From the human T2T-CHM13v2.0 reference genome, Homo sapiens, in assembly GCF_009914755.1 (NCBI RefSeq), contig NC_060934.1: 64,000 nt of DNA. One strand, 5' to 3'. A program made the translations under genes and the position numbers. Under the pieces are notes generated by a model, which had not been told where the DNA came from, did not search any database, and worked only from the letters and a program-made list of their open reading frames with translations. Every line of letters starts with the position of its first letter. Position 1 is the stretch's first letter. Shown here piece after piece: positions 1 to 19,874 of this stretch.

Positions 1-409
1 AGAAGGATGTATGCTTTGGTTTTCAAAGGCTTCCGAGTCATTAGACCTTTCTTCAGCCAGCAAGAAACTAAAGGGGTTAATCTACAGTGATTCCCTACTG
101 CTCTATATTAGCAGCTCAGTATTGGAGATGAATTCAACCTTCAGGTTTAATAAGGATTTTAGATTCTTCTAAGAATTTCTCATATCCATCTCATACGCTG
201 AATTACTGCAGGCACCTGCAGAACCTGATTAGGTTCCCCACCCCATTTTCATCATCTGCTTTCAGAAAACTACTTCTTCACATTCATATTGCTGGTAAAA
301 TTACTGTTTCCTCTCTTGCTGTTAAAATGACCAGAGAATCACCAACTGTTGGGGAAGAGTGGGATGATCTTTCCATTGTCCCTCACACCCAATCAATTGT
401 AAAGACTGA

Positions 410-412
<3 letters not shown>

Positions 413-442
<30 letters not shown>
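413..442. repeat. (AAAAC)n
   Basis: Directly visible. Confidence 0.85.
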
Positions 443-448
<6 letters not shown>

Positions 449-689
449 GCTCACAACAAAACCCACCATGGCACCATGTCTAGATGGCTTATAAGCAACT
501 TCTAACAACTTTCAAGGAACAAGTAATCCCTATTATTACATACACTGTTCCAGAGAAAAGAGAGGACAAGCTCTTCAGCTCATTCTAACTTTGGTATCAA
601 GACAGGACAAGGACAGGGTAAGAAGGGGAAATTAATGGCCAACCTCAGTAGTGAGTATAGAAGATCCTAAGTAAAATATTAGCAAACTA

Positions 690-992
<303 letters not shown>

Positions 993-3900
993 ATTGGGAA
1001 ACTAAATCTAAAAACAGAGGTAGTCTCACACAAATGGAAACCAAAAGAATGTGTCACTAGCAGACATACCCTGAGACTGGCTAAAGGAATTTCTTCAAAT
1101 AGAAAGGAAATAATAAAAGAAGGAATCTTGAAGCATCAGGAAGGAGGGAAGAATAATAGAGTAGAAATTTGGGCTACATATAATAAATTATGCTTCTCCT
1201 CAAGCATCATTATTAATCAGTGTTACAAATCATACTTGATGATTAAAACAAAAATCATAATACTGTCTGATATTTAAGACAACAATATTTAAAAATGAAA
1301 AAGGTAAAGTGACCTAAATAAAAGTAAGGTGACTCAAAGTAATAAATGTTGTTACCAATCGACTATAAGTCACATATATATATTGTAATACTCACATCAA
1401 CCATCATAAAAACTATACAAATACACCCAAAGGTACTATAAATAAAACAGTATCCTAAAATATATTCAAGTAATCCACAGCAAGGCAAGAAAAAAGAAAC
1501 AGAGGAACAAGAACCAGAAGAAACATAAAGAAACCAAATAATCAAATGGTAGACTTAAGCTCTACCATACCAATAATCACCTTTTATGTAAGTGGTCTAA
1601 ATACACCAATCAAAAGAAACATCAGTAGTGTGGGTAAAGAAACATGACCCAGCTATAGGCTGTTTCCAAGAAACTCACTTCAAATTCAATAACATCAATA
1701 GTTTGAAAGTAAAAGGATGGAAAAAGTCCAAACAATTTTTAAAAGCAGGTCTGGTCACAGTAATATACAATAAAGTATACTCCAGAGCAAGGAAAATTAT
1801 TAGAAAGAGAGGTATTACATTATGATAAAAAGATCAATCCACTAGGGAGACACAAAGACCCTAATATACATGTGAGTATCAAACAAGAGGCCCAGAAGAA
1901 ATCAAGAAAAACTGACAGTGTTGGAAGGAGAAATAGACAAATCCACAATTACAGCTGGGGACTTCCATGCCCCTCTCATCAAGTGATAGAACTGCTAGAC
2001 AGAAAATCAGCATGGAAACAGAAGAGCTGAATAACTCAATTAATCAACATGATGCAATTGCCATACAAAGAACACTCCACACAACCGTAGTGGTATACAC
2101 GTTTCATGCACCCATGGAATATCCATCAAGACAGTCCATATCCCGAGTAATAAAACAAACCTCAAGAGCCTTAAAATAATCAAAACCATACAGTGTGTGT
2201 TCTTTAACCATAATTGAATCAAACTAGAAATCTGTAATAGGGAGACAACAGAAAATCTCTAAACACAGCAAAATTGAACAGCACAATTCTAAGTAGGGGT
2301 GGGCTAAAGAGGAAGCCTCAAACGAAACCAAAAAATACATAGACGTGAATGACAACGAAGATACAACATACCAAAATACGTCAGAAATAGCTAAAGCAGT
2401 GCAGAGAGGGAAACTGATAGAACTAAATGCTTACTAGTAACAGGGAAAGGTCTCAAGTCAGTAAGTTCTTCCCTCAAGGAACTAGAAAAGAAGAGCAAAA
2501 TAAACCCAAAGCAAGCAGACAGAAGGAAACAATAAACACGAGGGTAGAAATCAATGACACTGAAAACAGGAAGACAACAGGGAATATCCAACAAAAGTCT
2601 GGTTCTCTGGGAAACAAATCAATAAAATGATACAAGTCTACCAATATGGACAAAAACAAAGAAAGAGAAGACACGAATCACCAATATCTGGTATGAAAGA
2701 AGAGATATCAGTACAGATCCCACAGCCACTAAAAGGATAACAAGGGAATAAAATGAACATTAATTACACTCATACATTCAACAATTTAGAAGAAATGGAT
2801 GAACTCCTCAAAAACTATTAAAACTCAACCAAGATGAAACAGATCATCTGAATAGTGCTATAACCATTAAAGACATTTAGTCCATTATTTAAAAACTCCC
2901 AAAAAAGAAACAGCTAAGCTCAGATCATTTCAACTGGAGAATTCTAACAAACATTTAAAGAATTAACACCAATTCTCAATTTCTTCTAGAAAATAGAAGA
3001 GGAAATAATACTTCCCAACTCCTATTATGAGACCAGTATTATCTTGATATCTAAACCAGACAGACATTACAAAAAAGGCACTCCAGAGAGATATCTCTCA
3101 TGAACTCAACAAATACTCAGCAAAATATTAGCAATCAATACAACAATGTATAAAAATAATTATACACCCTGACCAAGTGGATATTTTCTAGGAATGTAAG
3201 AGTGACCCAACATTTGAAAACCAATCAATGTAATCTAACATATCAACAGATTAAAGGAGAAAAATCATATGATTACATCTATTGAAGCAGAAGCAGCACT
3301 GGAAAAAATCCAATGCCCATTCATAAGAACTCTCAGCAAGTTAGAAATAGAGGAGAATGACCTCAAATTGATTAGGAGCACCCACAGAAAAACCTACAGC
3401 TAACATCATACTTCATGGTGAAAGAGTAAATGCTTTTCTCCCACCATCAAGAACACGACGAGGATGACAACCTTCCCCACTCTTTCTCAACAAAGCACTG
3501 GAAGATCTAGGTCCTGCATTAATGCAAGACCAATAAATAAAGGCATCGAGATTGGAAAGGAAGCAATAAAGCTGTCCCTATTTGCAGATGACACATTGTC
3601 TATGTAGAAATCACAAGGAATCTACACACAAACTCCTGGAACCAGTAAGTGATTTCAGCACTGTGGTAGGATACAAACACACAAAAGAAAGCATTTCTAC
3701 AGGCTAACAATGAACATGCAGAAACTGAAATTAAAAACACAACACCATTATAATCGCCCCAAAGAAAGTGAAATATCTAGCTATACACTTAAGAAAACAT
3801 GTACAGGATCTGGATGCTCTTAGAGAATGCTGATAAAAGAGATTTTAAAAGACCGAAATAAATGTAGAGACATTCCATGTTCATGGACTGGAAGACTTTT

Positions 3901-4185
3901 CAATTATCCTCAAATTAATCTATCAGTGTAATGTAATCCCTATCAAACTACCAGCAAGGTATTTTGTAGGCAAAAATAAGCTTATTCTAAAATGTATATG
4001 CAAAAGGCAAAGGAAATAGGTTAATTAAAATGATCTTGACAAACAAGAATAAAGTGGGAGGAATTACTCTACCTGATACTAAGGCTTCCTATATCGCTAT
4101 AGCAACGAGGTCAGTGTGGTATTAGTGAAAAGACAGACATGGAGATCAACGAAATAGAATATAGAGGACCCAGAAAGGAACGCAA
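993..4185 (+). mobile_element. Old L1M fragment (ORF1 end, ORF2 endonuclease and RT), degenerate
   Basis: ORF2-like start near 1546, RT motif TTT GCA GAT GAC (FADD) at 3581-3592, many stops, A-rich. Confidence 0.9.
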
Positions 4186-4225
4186 TACAAAGTGTTAGTA
4201 TTCAGCATATAAAAAACCTTTCACG

Positions 4226-4865
<640 letters not shown>

Positions 4866-4869
4866 GGAA

Positions 4870-5290
4870 AGCAGTTCCCAAAATGTGGTCTGTGAACCCT
4901 GTGGGTACCTGAGACCCTTTCAGAAATCTGTGAGGTCAAAATGATTTTCATAACACTAAGAAGTTGTTTGCCTTGTTGACAAGTTACCATCAGCATCAAC
5001 GGTGCAAAGCAGTGCTGTGGGTAAAGCTGCTGGTGCCTTAGCACAAAACAAGACAATGGCACCAGACCACACTCATGGTTACCATATTCCTCAACACCAC
5101 ACCCTCATGGTTCAACAAATGGCAGTTTCACTTAAGCATGTCCTTGATAGAGTATTCAGAATTATTAATCTTATTAACTCTCTACCCTTTAGTACACATC
5201 TTTGTAATGTTCTGTGATGAAATAGAAGGAAGTGTGTGTAAATAATTCTGCTGCACGCTGAACACAAAGGGTGCTTCAAGGAGAAGCTTT
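4870..5290. mobile_element. hAT-Charlie (Charlie1-like) DNA transposon fragment
   Basis: TIR-like cagttcccaaaatgtggtc followed by gagaccctttcag...gtgggtaaagctgctggtgccttagc. Confidence 0.7.
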
Positions 5291-5312
5291 ATGTTTATCA
5301 CCTTGTCTTTAC

Positions 5313-5483
5313 CTCCACTACAAACGTGTCAATAATGTGCTCCCGGGGGAGGAACCAGTGGGCTACTTCCTCTTCATCCATCACTGGAGCCAGATGAAAC
5401 TGCTTCAGGTAAGTGTTGATTAATTCTCGAACTGATTTGATATCTTTTGGTTCCATTGGTCTCAAACCTGAAGTCTTTGTAAC
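5313..5483 (-). CDS. NMT2: NMT2 coding exon 9 (171 nt, [10 protein letters not shown]...DTFVVE)
   Basis: Polypyrimidine tract then acceptor caacaag|GTT, donor GAG|GTAAAG; cumulative length 1170 nt. Confidence 0.96.
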
Positions 5484-5544
5484 CTTGTTGGAGGGGAAAC
5501 AAAACAAATCCAGAAGTTCAGGTAGAAGAGGAGTGAAACGACTT

Positions 5545-5705
5545 TGCACTCAAAGTGTGGTCTGCAGACCAGCAGAATGAGCAGCACGCGGGAGCTAGTT
5601 AGAGCTGCAGAGCCTGGCCCTGCCCCAGATCTAATGAATCCGAATCTGCAACTCAACAAGATTTCCTTGGGTTTGTACATACATTAAGGTTTGAGAAGAG
5701 CTGGG
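5545..5705. mobile_element. MER5A-like MITE
   Basis: ctcaaagtgtggtctgcagaccagcag...gaatctgca...tttgagaag termini. Confidence 0.7.
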
Positions 5706-5919
5706 TTAAAATATAGGCGAGACAGACAATGTGTTGTATCTTCCTATCTGTGCGGCAAGTCTTTGGTCACTACTGCCCATGACCCAAACAAACATCAAAG
5801 GGAACAGTACAAGTTCATGATGTACGCCAATACCCAAAACACACCAATGTATATACCAATGCCAAGAATGTTAACAGTCTACATGATGGGACATAGCCAA
5901 CTTAGCATGACTTCTGGAG

Positions 5920-6578
<659 letters not shown>

Positions 6579-7346
6579 TTTAAAACTGCCAAGTCTGACA
6601 TTTTGAAAATACAACTGAGCAACTTGTTTTATTATGCAATAGCCCATTAAAAGCGTGTGGTGATTTTGTTCTCTTGAACAAAAATGATATAGGAGTGAAT
6701 CATATCAGGCTGGATGGGAAGGCAAGCATTGTTCATAGCCAAGTATTTTCTAAAGGCAAACGGGTTTACAGCCATACCAGCCTGAAAGTGTCCATCTTGT
6801 CTAACGGCAAATGGCTGCCAGGGACGCGGCCTGGCCTCTCCTGCCACATCTTCTGGGTAAAGGTGATCAGGGTAGGTGTCTTATCACTACTCCAGAGCTT
6901 TAGAATTTAAAAAATTAAGCCATAGGAATAAAACACCTAAAAGTCAGGACAGGTCCCCATTTGAATTTGTTCAGCTGTTGTCCTTGTAAAAGCTCCTGAC
7001 ATCACTTTGCTCTCTAGAACTGTTCAGGGGCCAGGGGACTTGAGACTAAAAGTCAGGAAGCCCAACAAACAGACAATTTTAAACTGAGAAATACAGTTTA
7101 TTTTTTTCTGTAAACCTGATTTTTCCCCCCCTTGGAGAAACACTAGATACATTTTAAGAGATGAATAATCTGTATATAAATATTGCTACTCTACTTTTTC
7201 TGCCCTAAATGATTATTTTTAAAAATTTTATATAATCTAGCAGTTCCACTCTTAAGAAATATTGTTAAAGGAAAAACTTCCTGTAGAATGAGGTCATCAC
7301 AATTCCTGCATGCCCCCAGGTGGAAGCCCAAGGGGGAAAACAGGTG

Positions 7347-7635
<289 letters not shown>

Positions 7636-8350
7636 CAAGGAAAATAGGTTTTCTCTTGAGTGCCAGCTGTCATCAACTATTAGCTGTGCTGGGGTTTCTA
7701 AGCTTCAGTGACACACAGTGCTGATTGATTATCGATTAGCTGGGGGAAAGGGGAATGGGAGGTGCATGCTCTGTATTTATACACCAACAGTCCTCAGCTG
7801 AATATTTACTATAAGCCATTCTATTATGATGATGTCATGTCTAAAGCACTTCAGCTAAAATGCCATTTAATAATCTAAATTTAGAGAATTTAAGTCCTTC
7901 ACATTTAACAGGCAATGCATACCTTTAGTCTTTTAGTACCTCTCAAAACCAATGAGTCAGAAATGTCCAGATCTCCACTGGAAATAAATAAGCACTTCTA
8001 AATGCTAGTGGGAAGACCAAAACCATATAAAATATATATCATAGTCATTTAAAAAATTAGTTTCTGCTATGAGGCAGACTTAGCTTGATAAATTTCAAAT
8101 AGCCTTTCTCAATATCAGAATTTTTTTTCTTTTGTTACTGGTTCAGTAACAATCAACAATATCAAGCAATTAGATGAATTAATGAAAGCCACAGGATATA
8201 TGATATCTGTTAATAGAGAACATTCAGAAATGAAAAAAAAATTTGCCAACTTCCTTCTAGAGCAAAACATTCTTCTGGAGCACAATTCTCATTCATTGAA
8301 TATCCAACTGTGAAACCACTAAAGGAACTGCCCAGCAGATCGCCTTAAAG

Positions 8351-8982
8351 CAGCAGTTCTCAAATATTTTGGTCTTGGGACCCTTTTACACTCTTTTTTT
8401 TTTTTGAGATGGAGTCTTACTCTGTCGCCCAGGCTGGAGTGCAGTGGTGTGATCTCAGCTCACTGCAACCTCTGCTTCCCGGGTTCAAGTGATTTGATCC
8501 TGCCTCAGCTTCCCAAGTAGCTAGGATTACAAGCACGTGCCACCACGCCCAGCTAATTTTTTGTATTTTTAGTAGAGATGCAGTTTTATCGTACTAGCCA
8601 GGATGGTCTCGATCTCCTGACCTTGTGATCTGCCCACCTCGGTCTCCCAAAGTGCTGGGATTACAGGCATGGGCCACTGCACCTGGCCTACGCTGTTAAT
8701 AATGATTGAGTACCTCCAAAGAGCTTTGCTTATGTGGGTTATGCATATCCACACTTATCGCATTAGAAATCAAAACTGAGAACATTTTTAAACAAAAGAC
8801 TACAGAAATACACATGCCACATGGCCTCTGGAAGACTTCACAGTATACTCAGACGAGAATGAAAGTGAAAAAATTACATACTAGTGTTATTATGAAAATA
8901 GTTAAAAAAAAAAAATGACTGCATAGATTCAAAGATCTTGGGGGACTTCCAGAGGTCCCTGGGCCACACTTTGAGAACTGCT
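8351..8982. mobile_element. Charlie-family internally deleted element with both TIRs, interrupted by an Alu at 8394-8688
   Basis: Inverted termini cagcagttctcaaa ... tttgagaactgct. Confidence 0.65.
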
Positions 8983-9236
8983 ATCTTAGGTCTCTAAAGG
9001 TTAGAAAAATAAGTAGCAGAATTTAGACAAGCAATATGTTGCCTAAATTCAGGTAAAAAGTATCATAAGTTTGGCAACTTATAAGCATTTTGAACAAATT
9101 TTTATAGAAGCATTAAAGCATAAGAGCACACCAGGATGTACCAGCTATAAAAAACAGAAAGTCCTAGAAAACAGGGTAAGAATATTTACATTTGCTGACT
9201 AATAGCTAAAATAATCTGTGTAAGAATGAAATACTG

Positions 9237-9527
9237 CCAGGCACGGTGGCTCACACCTGTAATCTCAGCACTTTGGGAGGCTGAGGCAGGCGGATCACAA
9301 GGTCAAGAGATCGAGACCATCCTGGCCAACATGGACTAAAATACAAAAATTAGCTGGGTGTGGTGGCACGTGGCTGTAGTCCCAGCTACTCAGGAGGCTG
9401 AGGCAGGAGAATTGCTTGCATCCAGGAGGCGGGGGTTGCAGTGAGCCAAGATCGCATCACTGCACTCCAGCCTGGCGACAAAGCGAGACTTCGTCTCACA
9501 GAAAAAAAAAAAAAAAAAAAAAAAAGA
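9237..9527 (+). mobile_element. Alu with a small internal deletion
   Basis: catggactaaa lacks tgaaaccccgtctct. Confidence 0.9.
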
Positions 9528-11039
9528 AATAACTTTTGAAAAGCAAAACAAACACTCAAATTATAACTATTGTCCTCAGAAAGAACCAGGAAGGCTATTG
9601 GGCTTACATTAAAATGGCTAGCTTCCGTATAATGGAATAGTGAAGCGGTCATGTTTTCTGAGAGTTCAATAAAATGCAGAGAATCATTTCCAGTAAATAA
9701 GAAAAATCTCAGTTTCATAAGCAAACTCTGTATCTGAATCAGATATCCTTTCCCATGGCCCAACTAATATGCATGATTCATGGGCCTCTACGTAGATTGA
9801 AATCTGTGTAAAATCTGCTTATAAGTACATAAGGAAATGAAGCTCAGAGCTCTATTAAAAAACAGTAGTGTTGTTATCTGTCAAGTTGTGGTACAAACCG
9901 TTTGAGAGCCAAGATTCCAGAGAAGAGATGTAAGCAATGATTATGGTTATTTATATGATTCAAAAAGGAGCAAACAGAATGCTAACCACTAAAAAAACCA
10001 TCTAATGCCACTAAATATAGAACACCTTATATGCCTCGACATGTCTAAGCAAGCACACCCTCCTTGCAGCACAGTGCTAAGACCTTAGTGGATCATTCTC
10101 TGACTTCTGCTTTTTATCAACATCAAATTACCTTTCAGCTCATTGACACAGATGCGCAAAATCGAACTTGGAAATACTCAACACCAGATCAAAAAAACAA
10201 AACAAAATAAAATCTCCCCAAACACTGAAAGGGTAGGGAGGCATCGTAAGGCGTGTTTCTTGGGGAAACCTTAGTATTTTAGGTAACAGTTGTGAATGGC
10301 GCAGGCCCTGCGACAGCTCTGCTTCTGGCCAGCAGACTCTGAGCAAGTCAATCTGTGTTCTCATGGCCCCTTCTGTGCTATGGGGATAAGGACCCATCCT
10401 CCTGTGGCTGTTGTGATTAGTAAATGAGACTACGGCTGTTAAATGTCGAGCATAACGCCGGCCACAATAAATGTTAGCTCCTATATTCAAAAGTCCATGA
10501 AAAAGACAGAAAGCTGGCACTCCTACAAGCAAAAAGAGTAACAATGAAGCAGAAAATGAGATTGATCTATACAGCAAAAGCTGTATTCCATAAGTTTGCT
10601 TTTACGCTGAATGGTACAAAAATGTTCTTAAATAACTTGACTGCTAGCAGTGGTATCACCCATCTGGGCCCATAGGAGAGGAAGGGGCATCCGGTGTATG
10701 CAGTTCTGTCCAGTTTAACTCAAGAGGCAGACACCCAAGGGACTGCTGCCAGCACCTTCCAATTTCATAATATCTGTACTTTAATCTCTCTTTTATTCTA
10801 TTAATTTACTCTTTATTTTCCTTTCCTTTCCTATGACTTAAAAGGGGGAAAGGAGACTGGGGCAAGCCAATGAGAACTGTTTGCATCTTGACAATCGTCC
10901 TTTTCTGCCTTGATTTATGCTGTACTCACAGTGAGACATTCAGTGGGGCTGAGCCATGGTGTCCCCATAGTGGGTAATGTTAGAGGGGATGGCAGAGGCA
11001 GAGGGAGCTAACAGGGAAACATGGAGGTCTGGGGCCTGC

Positions 11040-11190
11040 ATCCCAAGCCCTCCACTTGGTGATATTAACACATCCTCGCCTAAGTGCCAACTGTCACATA
11101 CCTCAGTTTCTTCATCTGTAAAATGGGGATAAGAAGTACTAACTTCAAAAGGTTGCTGTGAGAATAAATTGAATAATGTATTTGAAAGCA
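11040..11190 (+). mobile_element. MIR
   Basis: MIR core cctcagtttcttcatctgtaaaatgggg. Confidence 0.75.
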
Positions 11191-11481
11191 CTTCATAACC
11201 TTCAATTTATGGGTGGGGGAAAGGCAGTCACTATCACAGCACGACTGGAACAGGACTGCTACCAGGAACCCAGGTTCACTGGAAGTAAGATGCCACAGTC
11301 TGGTTTCATAATACACGCCTATACCCAGGAGAAGATTGACTCTTGTACAAAAATATTAAGGCTGATGAATGGAGTCAAGTCAAAAATAGCTTTAGCACTT
11401 TAAGAAAATCATTGTGAGTAAACCAATGGTATGTGCTAAAACTCCTTATTCTTCACTCCATTGTAGGCAACCTACATGTAA

Positions 11482-11934
<453 letters not shown>

Positions 11935-11987
11935 GAAGATTTTATTTCAATTCACACGTCACAACACTTCAAACAAAAGATCCCATC

Positions 11988-12851
<864 letters not shown>

Positions 12852-12920
12852 AGCCAAGCCCCAAATAAAGCCAAGTCTAGAAAGCACATTTATATTTTTC
12901 CCTATTAAAAATGATAACTT

Positions 12921-13930
<1,010 letters not shown>

Positions 13931-14320
13931 TTAATGAGACATTATTTCCACTCGCTGGGTCTCTCCTCTACACTTGATTCCTGAGTTCCAACGCATTAAG
14001 AGATCAGCAGCCTGGACTTTTCTTCCTTCTTACTTAACAGACCATAAATTTCCCAAATTTCAAAACTTACTTGCCTTGAGTTCAGTCTTATCCAACTACC
14101 AATGAAACAACTTTAAGAGCCTTGGGAAAAAAGGAAAGATTGGCATTTCCAAACAAACTCCCTACCTTCCCTAGCTCCCGAGTTCCATGAAATCTCTTTC
14201 GCTCCATATTCACTTCCTCAGACACACCAGTCAGTTTTTAGACTCCTGCAAATAATTCTTTTCTGCATTAAAAGCGTCAGTTGTTACAGCTTCAAAAAAC
14301 TGCAAATCATTCTTACTTAC

Positions 14321-14429
14321 ATCTGGAAGTCTGTATAGCTTCATTGTTCTCTGTAAAGTCATATTTCTACTCAAGTGAGAAAATTTCACTTCTACCAATT
14401 TTCTGGGGTTTAGTGATCGATGCCAGTAT
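14321..14429 (-). CDS. NMT2: NMT2 coding exon 8 (109 nt, [17 protein letters not shown]...LYRLPD)
   Basis: Acceptor ttccag|A, donor GAT|GTAAGT; cumulative length 999 nt. Confidence 0.97.
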
Positions 14430-14569
14430 CTGGAATACAATAAAGGTTTTAAAATCAAATTGATTTCTAACTCTACAAGTTTTCACTCTTTGTCTCAGCT
14501 TGGCTGTTACATAAGCATTTACTGAATACTTACGTTGTACTAGACAGAGGCCCTCATCCTATGTCATCA

Positions 14570-14990
<421 letters not shown>

Positions 14991-15663
14991 AAGAAATATT
15001 AATCATACCCAGGTTTCCAAGTGTGTAAGGACCATCACTGATTCTACAAAAGGCCAATCAGAAAGTTTAAAAACATGAAAATAAATCCCCTAAATTAGTC
15101 ACCTTCACTTTTACAGCCTACACACCAAAGAAAACAACTTTTTGAAAACTAGCTTAAATTTCTTCAGTGATTCCAGGCTCTGGGATAAGTGATTTATATT
15201 AAAATATACCCCTGAAGTCTAGTATTCCATTTACTTAACGAATGTAATAATTTAACAGGATATAGTAATTTTAAGTTTCATCCTATTTGAGTCAATAAAA
15301 ACAGTGGTGAGGGGTGGGGAGATAAACTCTGATGTTTTAGAAACAGGTTAGTCTTGTGGGAATCTGATCATTTTCTCACTGGAATAACCTGTGAAAGCTT
15401 GACTAGTGCAGACGAAGTTGTAAAAACATAGCTTAGGTCTTCCTACTCTGAACAAACAAATACATCTGAGGCTTTTGAATGGATGCTTATTAGACTTTCA
15501 GGACACTTTGGTGGTGCTGCAAAGCATGGCAGAAAACTGATCTTTGGGGTGGAAAGAAAATGGTATGACATTGGAATTTTAAGATCATCATGTCCTAGGT
15601 TTTCCCATGTAGAGACAGCATTCATCTTTCACATGGAATAGACTTAGAAGTATAGATCCACAC

Positions 15664-15900
15664 GAGGTCAGGAGTTCAAGACCAGCCTGACCAACATGGT
15701 GAAACCCTGTCTCTACTAAAAATACAAAAATTAGCTGTGTGTGGTGGCACATGCCTGTAATCCCAGCTACTCGGGAAGCTGAGGCAGGAGAATCACTTGA
15801 ACCCAGGAGGCGAGTTTGCGGTGAGCCAATATCACGCCACTGCATTCCAGCCTGGGCAACAGAGTAAGAGTCTGCCTCAAAAAAAAAAAAAAAAAAAAAA
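15664..15900 (+). mobile_element. 5'-truncated Alu
   Basis: TSD aagtatagatcca on both sides. Confidence 0.9.
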
Positions 15901-16024
15901 GTATAGATCCAGCATCATTAGTAGGAAAATGTCAAAAACTTTTTTTTAATCACCAAGTGGCAAATGATATACCAGAAAGAATACTGGACTTGGTGATTCT
16001 AGGTTCTAGTCTCCATCTCTGCTA

Positions 16025-16306
<282 letters not shown>

Positions 16307-16395
16307 TTAAGAGTCAAAACGAGATTCAAAATGAAGAGTCAACACATTTTAAAAAATAAGATGATACCCAGGAAATATCCAAGAATAAGAATGCA

Positions 16396-17063
16396 GGCTG
16401 GGAACACTGGCTGTCGCCTGTAATCTCAGCACTTTGGGAGGCCAAGGCAGGTGGATTGCTTGAGACCAGGAGTTCCAGACCAGCCTGGGCAACACTGAGA
16501 CTCTCATCTCTACAAAAAACAAACACCAGCCAGTCATGTTGCCGCATGCATGTGGTCCCAGCTACTTGGGAGGCTGAGGTGGAAGGATCACTTGAGCCTG
16601 AGAGGCAGAGGGTGCAGTGAGCCATGATTGCATCACTGCCCTCCAGCCTGGACAACAGAGCAAGGCCCTGTCTCAAAAAAAAAAAAAAAAAAAAAAAAGA
16701 AAAGAAAGAAAAAGAAAAAAAAGAACATAAAGGCCATTCTATTTTCTTCTTTCTTTCTTTTTTTTTTTTTTTTTTTTTGAGACAGATTGTCGCACTGTCA
16801 CCCAGGCTGGAGTGCAATGGCGCAATCTTGGCTCACTGTAACCTCTTACTCCTGGGTTCAAACGATTCTCCTGCGTCAGCCTCCTAAGTAGCTGGAATTA
16901 CAGGTGCACGCCACCATGCCCAGCTCATTTTTGTATTTTTAGTAAAGACAGGGTTTCACCATGTTGGCTACGCTGGTCTCGCATTCCTGACCTCATGATC
17001 TACCTGCCTCGATCTCCCAAAGTGCTGGGATTATAGGCGTGAACCACCCACCGCACCTGGCCT
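16396..17063. mobile_element. Tail-to-tail inverted Alu pair (+16396-16724; -16742-17063)
   Basis: A tail and T tail separated by about 20 nt. Confidence 0.92.
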
Positions 17064-17275
17064 GAAAGCCATTCTTTAACACAATATTTAACAAAAATAT
17101 TCTATCACTTAGACATTTCACAAATTCAGACGGAAACACTATTCCCCATATCTCCCTGCCAAAATGATTGTAAAACGCACGGAGGCTCCAACCCTCTTGT
17201 TCTAAATACATTTTGGGACTTTGGTCCATTATACGTTTTCAGTTTAGAAAATGGATCAGCTATGGCTCTTTACGT

Positions 17276-18698
<1,423 letters not shown>

Positions 18699-18787
18699 TG
18701 CATTCAGTAACTTTTAAAGGCCTAATCTAATTGTAATTCTTAGAAAATAAACATATAAAAACCGCATGGACGAGCTTAAACATGTAC

Positions 18788-18904
18788 CTGTCATAAATCC
18801 GAATGTTTGCTGGGATGGCACTTATGAACCCGACCAGTTTTTTATTTGAAGACACTCTGACCCCACAGTGCCACTGCAGGAGCCAGCCTGGTGGACGCAG
18901 AGCC
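18788..18904 (-). CDS. NMT2: NMT2 coding exon 6 (117 nt, [17 protein letters not shown]...IRIYD)
   Basis: Acceptor ctcag|G, donor AG|GTACAT. Confidence 0.97.
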
Positions 18905-19022
18905 CTGAGGTCACGGTAGACAAGAAAACAGGCACCAGTTATTGTCCAAGAACACAGGAACAGACGCAGGAGTCCCCAAGTCAGCAGCGCCTATCCACGA
19001 CATCTGTGATCGATGAGACTTA

Positions 19023-19115
<93 letters not shown>

Positions 19116-19215
19116 CTATAAGATAAAACAAGTGTCCTATCCATGGTGCTCAGAATCAACTTAGAAGCAATGTGTGAATGCAGGAGTTGAATTTAAGAGG
19201 TTTTTACTCACTCAC

Positions 19216-19334
19216 CACTTCGGCATCACTCAAGTCTAAAGTGTCCCACATAAAACCCTGTGGCAAAGAATACGGTTCTTGGCGTACGTTGTCTTTATCT
19301 GGTTCAATTGCACCATGAGATGTTATGACTTCAT
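19216..19334 (-). CDS. NMT2: NMT2 coding exon 4 (119 nt, DEVITSHG...LSDAEV)
   Basis: Acceptor ttcag|AT, donor GTG|GTGAGT; frame is continuous with exon 3. Confidence 0.97.
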
Positions 19335-19530
19335 CTGAACAGGGAGAGAAAGAGAAAAAAGAAAGGCAAAAAGCGAGAATATTAAATGACAAAGTATTCT
19401 AACCATCCAAAGTGGTCAGTGACATAAGCAAAATCTGACTTAGGGCCCTCGGGTTTCAGATAATCTTTAAAAAGATGCTGTTATATCAAGCGCCTCTGGA
19501 CTGAAACAGGAAAGCTAGGCAGTGGTGTGA

Positions 19531-19874
<344 letters not shown>

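Noticed and set aside
1546-4185. Potentially active L1 ORF2
   Set aside because: Many stops and frameshifts, and truncated.
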